Shown here: positions 14,800-24,222 of the stretch, piece by piece
How positions within the stretch are numbered: the stretch's first letter is position 1
Layout of the letters: each line of letters begins with the position of its first letter
Assembly (NCBI GenBank): GCA_010093995.1
Contig: ML992520.1
Coordinates: forward strand, 124,001 to 159,048
DNA: 35,048 nucleotides
Source: Elsinoe ampelina
Taxonomy: Eukaryota
Direction: 5' to 3'
Notes under the pieces: generated by a model
Seen by the model: the letters and a program-made list of their open reading frames with translations, nothing else
Told to the model about the DNA's origin: nothing
Database searches by the model: none
Made by a program: the position numbers and the translations under genes

Positions 14800-15527
14800 T
14801 CATGCTCTGCGAATTTCCCATTTGAGATCCTTGATGCTCACTTCCTCCCCTGCCTTCTCGTCTGCAAGTCTGGTCAGCATCATCATGGCGTGCAGATAGA
14901 CCAATTCTGCTCACCATAGTCGAACCATTCACCTTCCGTCAGATCAATCCCCTCGAACTTTGTGTTGGATTCGACACCTTTAGCTAGCCAATCACCCTAC
15001 TATTGATCAGTCACGTCAATCGCTCGTGCATCGGAACAGTCCTACGTCTGGCTTGTATTCCACAAACTCCAGCCCTCGGCAATCGAAAGCAATGATGTTT
15101 ACTGCCTTTGCTGGGCTCTGTATTTCGTATGCTTTCGGTGCGTCTACGATGCTAGCAGAGTGCTCACGCTTAGATGGTTAGTCATGCACGATACTACATT
15201 GAGAAAAGACTCACTTTGCAATTCTTGCACCTCCAGACAAAATTGGCCTCGCCTCTGCTTCCCGAAAGCTCGTTCTTTTCCTGTAGTGGCGTGAGGTCCA
15301 GAGTCTGAGTCCTCAATTCAAGGGACCTACAAATCTGCTCACGCTGACCCAGTTTGGATGAACTTCCCTACACGATGTGCATTGTACTTTGAAGGTGTAG
15401 TAGAATGGCGAGTCCTCGGTGTCTTGTGGTCGCAGCTCTGTCACCCTGCAGCTGATTAGATAGCGTAGCGACGTGAGAGAGACGCAGCCTACCCCTGAAG
15501 ATCTGCTGTCAGAGCGAGAGCTAGCAT
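14800..15527 (-). CDS. UPF0587/DUF866 CXXC zinc-binding protein (C1orf123/CZIB-like), 6 exons, 160 aa
   Basis: Reconstructed by hand. Exons 15527-15493, 15445-15331, 15280-15215, 15168-15046, 14996-14915 and 14861-14800, all GT..AG and in phase. Protein MLALALTADLQGVTELRP...YTFKVQCTSCREVHPNWV...SGSRGEANFVWRCKNCKRE...FDCRGLEF...IDLTEGEWFDYDEKAGEEVSIK...EIRRA*. Confidence 0.93.
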
Positions 15528-15739
15528 TTCATGTAATGAGAGACTTTGAGGTGATTCAATGTCTCGCTCAATTAAAGCGGCGGTCGAGTGCTTGTGCTGC
15601 CATACCAGATCGCCAAGCTTTTGCTTCCGAGATCTCCCTGACCTCGTTCGGCTTGAGTTCTTTTCCTGCCAACACCACCGTCAACCCAGCCCAATTCGAC
15701 TGATCTTTCTGCATTCGCCCGCTTTTAGGCGGTTTTATA

Positions 15740-17893
15740 ATGCAGACGGTGTGGAATAGAGTCGCTCAGACGCGGGTTCCATGTCACGGTCCCTCGCAAG
15801 CAGTCAAGTCTTGTGTCGCTCGCCAAACAGCGACAACAGCTGGGAAACGACCGACCAAATTCCTCACGTCATCGACGCTGCTCTATTCCGGTATATTCGC
15901 TGTCGCAGCTACGACAGACGCATTGGTAAAGGAGAAAAGGAGGAAGCAATGGGACGAAGCAATTGCAGATGCGAAACAAGGAATTGAGAAGGTGGAAGGA
16001 CAGACACAAGGCATACGGCATGGCCAGGTGGAGGAGCTGGTCGAGCTCGATGGTCTTTTGGATCTTGCGGATGCTGAATATGAGGCGCCCTATGCAATGG
16101 ACGGAGTCAGGGCACTTCCCGGCCACACTGGGCAACCCCTACATCAATCGGCTTTTGCTCCTCAGTCCATATATGCTTCACGGGAATGGCAACAGGGTCA
16201 CTGGCAGCGATACTTGTCTCCAAAGAAGATCCAATTGACAGAGCTGGCTATGGATAAGATGACTCTCAGGCTACTGCTGTGGTTGAACCCTAAGGACATG
16301 GGCGAGTGTGCCATGGATGGCTTCACTGAGACATTTCGACAGCTCCTAGGAAGGCCGCGATCTGAACTCGACTCTCTAGTAGCTTGGCTTGACAGCAACA
16401 TCCGTGCCACCAAATCACTCGACGGATCAGCCGAGGCCGAAGAGCTGGCTCCGTATCGTGGATTGCTCTCCAGGTATTCTTCTGAGGTCACACAGCGAAG
16501 CCTGCACAATGCGTCTCTGCTCGAGTCCAACATTACGTGGATGTTCCAGCGACGTCAGAATGGCGAGATAACCTACAGGCAGCTCATTTTGGACATGCTG
16601 CACAACATTACTGTTTCGCCTGCGCTACCGACCCTGCAAAGCTTCAACAAGATCCTCGACGGCTTGAGCGCCACTAACACCTCGCCAAGGGTCACTGAGT
16701 ATGTCATTCGTGCAATGCGCACCTGCCACGTGAGGATGAATGAAGAAACTATCATCATCATTCTCAATCATTTTCGACGGACTAACAACTACCAACAATT
16801 CTGCAAATACGCTGAGCTCATCCAAGGTCAGCAAGGTGGACTTTGGGTCGCGCGGGCTGATGTGCACATTACCGACGCATCTTCAGGCCGGCTTGTGCGA
16901 GAGAATCGCTTTGGAAAGGACAAGGTCATACAAAAACCGACGCCTACTCCTGAGGTCTTCCAGGCCCTTGTCGATGGTATCCTCTATTTCGACGGTTTCG
17001 ATGCCGCAGTGAGAACGTTCAAAGACATGGCAGCATCAGGATGGGGCTTGTCAATGCGAGGTTTGACGTCTCTTCTCCGAGAGTGCATGGAGAACAGCCA
17101 TTGGGAAGGAGGTGTAGCAGTCTGGAAGCAGATCAAAGCTGTACACAATCTTACGAAAAGCAAGGGACGTTCAGAGAAGATTCAAGCAGGGACATACGCC
17201 ACCATGCTGAGGCTCTGCATTCTCTGCGATCAGAAAGCGCAGTATGAATCGATCTGCAAGGAGGCTATCGCATCGAAGAATACAACGAGAAGCTTGCTGC
17301 ATTACATGCAGCGGCTCAAAGAAGCCGGGCCACAGCCCAAAGCAGCTCGGGGGTCCACTCAGACTACACACGGTGAGCGGATAAGCATCGCAGCTGCGTC
17401 ACATGCTCCGACAGCTGGAGATGCAGACATAGCGGTTGCTATCGCCAACGACGAAAGGGCCGAGAAACATCGAGCCGGGGACACCGCGAGACATGTCAGC
17501 TATTTGCCCAAGTCGAAGGCTATCGAGCTCGGATCGTACGCGCAGCGCACCGTTGAGTCTCAGCAGGAGTTGTTTGAGGCCCAGGACCCCTTACCCATTG
17601 ATATCCAGAACACCCGACTCGGATTGGTCGGCGCTCTGGCTGAGCTTCCAGCTGTCGCAGTCTCTAGTGCGCAAGATCCAGTCGCCGGGGACTCAGAGTC
17701 GTTGCCAGCGAGAGAAGAATTCAGACAGCAGTCGAGTCATTCTCGGGCAGAGAGCACGATCTCGGTCTTGGACCGCAGTCAGCTCTTGGGCCTCAGCACA
17801 TCATCCGCTGAGCTAGACGTCTACGAAATTACCGAACGGCCAATGAACATGGTTGCATGGGGTGGAGAAGGTGCATATTGCTCACCTGTGTAA
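15740..17893 (+). CDS. Probable mitochondrial pentatricopeptide-repeat (PPR)-like protein
   Basis: 717-aa ORF with a basic, acid-poor N-terminus. PPR-like helical units: PTLQSFNKILDGLS, NEETIIIILNHF, PTPEVFQALVDGIL, SMRGLTSLLREC and TYATMLRLC. Confidence 0.7.
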   Translation: MQTVWNRVAQTRVPCHGPSQAVKSCVARQTATTAGKRPTKFLTSSTLLYSGIFAVAATTDALVKEKRRKQWDEAIADAKQGIEKVEGQTQGIRHGQVEELVELDGLLDLADAEYEAPYAMDGVRALPGHTGQPLHQSAFAPQSIYASREWQQGHWQRYLSPKKIQLTELAMDKMTLRLLLWLNPKDMGECAMDGFTETFRQLLGRPRSELDSLVAWLDSNIRATKSLDGSAEAEELAPYRGLLSRYSSEVTQRSLHNASLLESNITWMFQRRQNGEITYRQLILDMLHNITVSPALPTLQSFNKILDGLSATNTSPRVTEYVIRAMRTCHVRMNEETIIIILNHFRRTNNYQQFCKYAELIQGQQGGLWVARADVHITDASSGRLVRENRFGKDKVIQKPTPTPEVFQALVDGILYFDGFDAAVRTFKDMAASGWGLSMRGLTSLLRECMENSHWEGGVAVWKQIKAVHNLTKSKGRSEKIQAGTYATMLRLCILCDQKAQYESICKEAIASKNTTRSLLHYMQRLKEAGPQPKAARGSTQTTHGERISIAAASHAPTAGDADIAVAIANDERAEKHRAGDTARHVSYLPKSKAIELGSYAQRTVESQQELFEAQDPLPIDIQNTRLGLVGALAELPAVAVSSAQDPVAGDSESLPAREEFRQQSSHSRAESTISVLDRSQLLGLSTSSAELDVYEITERPMNMVAWGGEGAYCSPV

Positions 17894-17972
17894 ATAAAGA
17901 TGTACATAGACACAAGAGGAAACAGGCCTCATAGATTCCTTCACGTCGTCCCTTCCATCACACCCGCCAGTC

Positions 17973-18464
17973 CTACAACTGCTCCCCCAAAATCCCCGCC
18001 GCCCTATAGAACTGCTCTCCCACTAAGGCTAACCCCGCCACCCACAACCCGCTCCTCAGCAGGGTATACTTATTCCTCCTGGTCGTAACATACGCCACAT
18101 TGTACGCCAATCTCACCGCCAAAAAACTATACACAAACCTCAACGTCTCCGCACTGACACTCTTCCCAGTGAGAATTCCCCCCTTGCCCACCCCATCCGC
18201 CAACAACCCCACAAACACGGCGCTGGCAAACAGGGGAAAGCTCTCAAGATTGTTCTTGTGCGCAGACTCGCAGCGCTCGAACTTGGCAAATTGCTCCGGT
18301 GAGAGCTTCTCTTTGAGACCGGCGATGTAGGTGGACGAGCGCGGGTTGCGGTTGTCGAATTTGGAGATGTCGCCTCCGCAGGCGATGTTCAGGGCGAAGG
18401 AATGGGGGACTACGGAGAGGAGGTAGTATGCTGGGATGGAGATGACGGCGAGGTTGGGGGCCAT
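17973..18464 (-). CDS. MAPEG-family membrane protein
   Basis: 163 aa. Motifs DNRNPR, ERCESAHKNNLESFPLFASAV, RLAYNVAY and RSGLW; hydrophobic helices. Confidence 0.88.
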   Translation of the reverse strand: MAPNLAVISIPAYYLLSVVPHSFALNIACGGDISKFDNRNPRSSTYIAGLKEKLSPEQFAKFERCESAHKNNLESFPLFASAVFVGLLADGVGKGGILTGKSVSAETLRFVYSFLAVRLAYNVAYVTTRRNKYTLLRSGLWVAGLALVGEQFYRAAGILGEQL

Positions 18465-19027
18465 GGTCGCTGAGTGTCGGTGGGTACGGTGGACGGGGAG
18501 TTTGTGTGGGGTTGTTGTGCGATTGGTTTTGTATGGCGGGTGTGGAAGAGGGGCGCGGGAGGGTGGAATGAGATGGAGGGTGGTACTTATCCTTAGGTCT
18601 GTGTCAAGAAGCTGGAGAGTGACTCGCGATCGTGGAGACTAGCTTAAAGCAAGAAGGAAGCCTAGAACTGGATGGAGCTTGAGATCGGCCTCGGTATGAT
18701 GAGTACGGAGATTGCAGGTGAAGTCGTGCATGACGTCGAAATGCAGGAACGCTCGTCCCGCGGGTTCTTGGATCATTGACCAATCCGAGTCGACGAAGCT
18801 CCGGCTCGGAGGGGCGCCAAGTGGCGGCGGCTCAAGCAAAGTTTGGGGGGAGATTTTTGTGACTGATGTGAAGATTGATCAGCTTTTTTGCTGCGAAACA
18901 ACTTCACATCTCACATCCCACGTCGAATACCTTCTTCTCGCTCCCGCAACATCATAGGAGGTCGTAGAAATCCAACCAGCGCAATCCAGCTTCACAGCAT
19001 TTGCATTTGTTACACACGGCGTTGAAA

Positions 19028-20657
19028 ATGTCTATGGATCTGGACTCTTCGACAGTGCCTATCGGGCAACTGCAGAGACCACAAACGACAGCGACGTGAG
19101 TTTTACTTTGTGAGGCTTCTTGGCTTGTTTACTGATCTCCAGCTTAGGATCCTCTGTTGCAACTGCGGTGCACCCATCGACGGAACCCAAGCCGCCGGTG
19201 CTCTTTGCTATGATTGCATCAAACTCACAGTCGACATTTCAGAAGGGATCCAGAGGGAGGGAACATTGCACATGTGCAGAGACTGCGACAGATGGCTATC
19301 TCCGCCAGCCCAGTGGGTTGTGGCCTCCCCCGAGTCAAGAGAGTTGCTTGCCCTTTGTCTCCGGAAGTTGCGAGGACTCAGTAAAGTACGGATCATCGAC
19401 GCCTCCTTCATCTGGACCGAACCACATTCGCGGAGGGTGAAGCTCAAGATTACCATTCAGCAAGAGGCTTTCCAGGGGACTATACTACAGCAGACATTCG
19501 ACGTTGAGTTCGTACAAGCATACCAGCAGTGCCCGGACTGCCAGAAGAGTTATACACACAACACATGGCGAGCTGTGGTGCAGGTACGACAAAAGGTCCC
19601 TCACAAGCGGACTTTCCTCTATCTCGAGCAGTCGATCCTGAAGCATTCTGCCCATCGCGACACCATCAATATCAAAGAAGTCCACGAGGGCATCGATTTC
19701 TATTTTGGAGCACGAAATCATGCCGAGAAATTCGTCGACTTCCTCAACTCAGTCACACCGGTACGGACAAAGAAATCTCAAGAGCTGATCTCGCAAGATG
19801 TGCACACGTCCGTCAAGTCTTACAAGTTCTCGTTCTCCTGTGAGCTGGTACCCATCTGCAAAGATGATCTGGTGGCGCTGCCCATCAAGCTAGCCAAGCA
19901 GATTGGCAACATCTCACCTCTTGTCCTCTGCTATCGAGTCGGCACCGCCATCAACTTTGTCGACCCAAACACTCTCCAGACAGCCGACGTCTCTTCGCCG
20001 ATTTACTGGCGATCGCCATTCAGAGCACCACTCGCGGATGTGACGGATCTGGTCGAGTTCATTGTCATGGATATCGAGCCGCTAGGTCCAGTCAAAGGTC
20101 GTTGGGTCCTCGCCGATTGCACTGTCGCTCGTGCTTCGGATCTCGGCGTCAACGACAACACGTACCTCTGCCGAACACATCTCGGCAGTATCGTCAATGT
20201 CGGCGATTCGGTGATGGGCTACATGCTCAGCGGCACGCAATTCAACAATCCAGAGTTCGAGGCGGTCGAGGCATCAAAAACGTACAGCAGTACCATTCCA
20301 GATGTGGTCCTTGTCAAGAAGGTCTATCCTCGTCGTCGAAAGGCAGGTGGCGCATCGAAGCGCAACTGGAAGGTCAAGCGCATGGTCAAGGAAGAAAGCG
20401 AGATGGCACCAAGGAAGCAAGATCAAGCCAGATTGGAGCGAGACTTTGAGATGTTCCTGCGTGATGTTGAGGAGGACGAGGAGCTGCGACAGGGTATGGC
20501 GCTCTACAAGGCGCAACAGCAGCGCGAGGAGCAGGAAATGAGCGTCGACGGTGAAACAGAAGACGGCGACGATGAGCAACTCCGGATACCCATGGAGCAA
20601 CTGCTTGATGAGTTTGAAGAAATGGGCATCGACGAGAACGACGGCGAAGAGGCATAG
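19028..20657 (+). CDS. NMD3: 60S ribosomal export adaptor, 2 exons
   Basis: Cys pairs CCNCG, CYDC, CRDC and CPDC. Motifs DASFIWTEPHSRRVK and WRAVVQVRQKVPHKRTFLYLEQ; acidic C-terminus with NES-like LLDEFEEMGI. Intron 19096..19147. Confidence 0.96.
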
Positions 20658-20767
20658 TTGCTCCAGAAACCCAAATAGAAACGAACATCACGAATCCATC
20701 ATGCATCTTGTGCACAAGTAGACATTAGCATTATGCCCCCCGCCCCCTCTCCCTCTATCCCCTCTTA

Positions 20768-21417
20768 TCATCTAGTAGTAGCATTCGTACTCAAAAACAA
20801 CACACAAGCAGCAACAATACTACTCGCCACCACCGTGAACACCACCTGCGTCTTCCACCCCGTCTGCACAATCGCTTGGCGACGACTATACTTTGTCACC
20901 GTCTTGATGTAATTACTCAACCCGGACACCAAACACGCGAGCGACAAGATCCAGAAGACGATGCCAAAGGGAAAGGCCATGCGGCGCTCGACGTCCGTGG
21001 GGCGGTGTTTGAGGTGGAACGAGACGGTGATGGCTACCGAGACGACGGCCATGTAGGTGCTCAGGCGGAGCCAGGAGAGGAAGGCTGAATGTCGTGAGCT
21101 TTTGGGCGACAGGCGGCACATCACGAGAACAGTGGGTGGGGGATAAAAGGGGAGGGGAGAGAGACCGTACTTCGTTCGTTGGCGGCGTGGTCTCGCGCGT
21201 CCGAGTCGGAGTTGTCGAAGAGGAGGACGCCGGTGTAGGGGCGGGCGCGGAAGACGGGGCGGTCGTAGTCGTTGCTTCTGGTGTGCGTCAGTATGTGGGA
21301 GGGCGGTTGGGGGCTGGGGACCTGTGACTGGTGTATTATGACGGGCTTGGACGGGCTGCCCATGTAAAAGGCATTGAAGGGCTCGATTTCGGGTTCGTCG
21401 GAGGGTATGGCCGGCAT
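20768..21417 (-). CDS. DUF202 (YidH/VTC-like) three-TM membrane protein
   Basis: ARDHAANER|TFLSWLRLS across a GTACGG..CAG intron, followed by three hydrophobic helices. A possible additional 51-nt in-frame intron lies near 21280-21330. Confidence 0.88.
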
Positions 21418-21840
21418 GATTACATATGATCTGAAGCAGTGTATGACTGGTCACGATCCACGTTGTGTAGAATACGTAGTTGAAAGCTGCGCTAGATGTG
21501 GTTGATAGTGTAGTGGAAGAATGGTGGGCAGGGTCGTGGTGGGGTGTTTCGCCCGAGGTTCGGAGCTCACGTGATCGACGACCAATTTCCCTCAAATAGA
21601 GTCGTACCTTTTCGTCCGAACTTACTCTCGCAATAATCTTTTCGTATCTTTCCACAAGCGGTGGTTCAATTCCTCAAGGTGGGTCTAGATAGCTCGCAGG
21701 TACTACTAAATGTCTTGTAGGGGAACAGTCACACATTATTCTGTGGCGCTGCGCCACTCTCCAACGGCTGTAGGCATGTATTCTCTCGCCGCACCATCTC
21801 TTCTCTCCTCCGCGACCATGTTCCCTCTGCACTCGCAGAC

Positions 21841-22823
21841 ATGACCGAACAGCAATCCCCCCTCACCCCACCTTCCAACCAGCTCTCCCCCCTCTCCCTC
21901 CTCCCCTCCGAGATCCTCCTCAAAATCCTCTCCTACCTCCTCCCCCACCACATCTCCATCCGCGACCCCTCCCCCGAACCAAGCACCTACCCCTTCACCC
22001 TCCTCCGCTTTCCCCCTTCCCATCCCTGCCCCTCCCACCCTCTCCTCGCCCTCGCCTCCACCTCCCACCATCTCCGCTCCCTCGTCAACCTCTTCGCGCT
22101 GGAAACATACCTCCAATGGCCACATCTCGCCCGCCATCACGCGCGACGCAAAGACCACATCGATCTGGCTGTCGCGGGCCGCAAGTCCAATATCGCGGAA
22201 CTGATCTGGTGGTGTGGCCAGCGGTGTGTGTTCTGTGGGAAACGCGTGGCGAAGGAAGGGAGGAATTGGATGCGGAGCACGTTTCGGGCTTGTTGCTCGG
22301 AGGAATTGGGGGTGGAGATCGTGAGTACTCGATGAGTGAAGGGAGGGAGGGGACGGTAGCTGACGGGTGACAGTCGTTGAATGATGCAAGGAGGAGGTAT
22401 TTCTTGACGGACGAGCATTTCTTTGAGAACCTGCCGGGCAGGCCGGAGGGTTGGCCGTTGATCGATTGTGGGTTTCGGTATTCGTCGTGGAAGGATCCGT
22501 ATCGGTTCTTTGAGAGCGATGTGCAGAGGCTCGCGTCGGGGGTGTTTGGGGGTAAGGAGGCGTTTGAGGCCGAGAGGGAGAGGAGGTGGGGGTTTCAGCA
22601 TGTGCCGCACAAGTACATGACGCAAGAGCAGGTCTGGGATGTGTTACCGGTGATGGTGCAGAGATGGGGTGCGAGAGATGGGGAGGCGGAGAGGTGGTTG
22701 GATGATGCGTATGCGAATTCGGATGTGAGGAGGGAAGCGAGAAGTTTGAAGGAGGGAATGCAGAGGCCGTATCTACCGGGAAGAACAGGACATGTCACGC
22801 CGCCACAATATGCTGAGGAGTGA
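21841..22823 (+). CDS. F-box-like protein with CxxC/XPA-like C-terminal module, 2 exons
   Basis: LSLLPSEILLKILSYL...PLLALASTSHHLRSLV (split F-box) and RCVFCGK...RACC. Intron 22321..22373, then SLNDARRRYFLTDEHFF...FFESDVQRLA. Confidence 0.78.
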
Positions 22824-23115
22824 AGGACATGCAGTAGATGTACATGCGATTGTAATGGTGGAAGGAACCGTGTCATCACCATACCTAGGTACTGCATGGG
22901 TATCAAACTAGGAATCATGTTACTGATGTAGGAGATGTTCAGTAGACCCTCTCTTACATCAACACAACCCTCCCTGCAGCTTGGCTCAGCATTGAACATG
23001 GCGGCTAAAAGCCACGGAATCCTGCTTTGTGTCATGCACTCTTGACTTGTCCCCTTACCCTTGCCGTTCCGGTCTCTACATCCTTCGCTTGTTGCTGTTG
23101 CACCGCAGTTGGTGT

Positions 23116-23763
23116 CTAGCTCTTCCGTGCTTGGTCCCGAACAGCGACCGCAAGTCTCTCCACACCTTTCCTCTCCAGAAGTATGCAGTCCGAACCCATG
23201 ACGACGTAAGATCCATACCGGACCACTGGCCACTCAAGGGGTCTCCGCTCTCCCCAGGTGAACAGATGCTTATCCTTTCACCCGTATATCTTCTTCGCGT
23301 CGCTCCTCGTCACTTTATCTGGCCACTCCTTCTTGTCACAGGCTGCACAGCAGCCCAACCCATTCATGAGTGTCGCCTTGCGCGATGACTTCTTACCGCA
23401 AAAGACACAGTGAGTACGTGTGAGTCGTATCAATGTGGAGAAGGAGTTACGCTTGGCTTCCAGCGATGCGGTCTTCAAGGGACGGTAGGCCTTTATGTGG
23501 GTCCACCTGAGTAGCAAGAGATGAGAGTAGGCGTTGACCGCGCTTTGTAGGGCGTGCGAGGTGAGGGTGAGGTTGAGAAGTGGCGTTCCTGGCGCGAGAG
23601 GGGAGAAGCGTTGCTGAGTCTGCGCAGGAGCTTTTGAATGCACATTGTAGTAGACTTCTGGGCCCAGAGAGGGGCACTTCCTAATCACGTTGTGAGTTGG
23701 TAGAAGATAGTCGAGAACATTGTGGAGCAGCTCCATCGGCAGAGCCGTGAGCGGATCAGCCAT
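23116..23763 (-). pseudogene. F-box-like/XPA-like paralog interrupted by an in-frame TGA at 23278-23280
   Basis: LTALPMELLHNVLDYL...PLLNLTLTSHALQSAV...CVFCGK...CCAAC...TRSDAKKIYG*KDKHLF...WPVVRYG...VERLAVAV. The frame stays open for 53 codons after the TGA, up to a TAG at 23116-23118, and keeps aligning with the paralog. Confidence 0.72.
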
Positions 23764-24222
23764 TGCGTAGGTGTAGCTACTGTGGTAGAAAGTGAACGAC
23801 AGTCACATCCAAGAAAAGCCCAGAAAGGAATCGAGGGAACTTTCAACAGCTACTTGTGTTGAATGTATCCATACGTGGTGAGGCCATGCACAGGGAGCCG
23901 AAGACACTCGGAGATTAAGTGTCTCAACAGAGCGCAAGCAGAACTCGCTGCAGATCGTAAGCACTGACGAAAGGCTCAAAAGGAAGCGTACGAGGTGTAC
24001 AGTACGGTCCGTAGTCGTCAATTTGCGAAACATGAGGTCGCGAAGAAGGGCAGAAGGAAGCACAGAGATTGTGGCGCGCCCACGTGACTGTTGTAATGGA
24101 AGGCTGGTACAGCTTCTCTAGTACTAAAGAACTGGTACTGATGAGTCAGCGCACGCACAGTAGATAAATCGGTTATTGTAACTCTCTGAATGAAACACAC
24201 GTCTCTCGATCCGATTTGCTAG

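Noticed and set aside
15091..15290. Apparent plus-strand intron/micro-exon pattern and a C-box-like ATGATG (snoRNA)
   Set aside because: Fully explained by the minus-strand DUF866 exons; the plus-strand product is meaningless and there is no proper C/D pair.
20768..21655. 295-aa ORF as a single protein
   Set aside because: Only its 3' part is the true DUF202 frame; the 5' part is off-frame or upstream sequence read through the intron.
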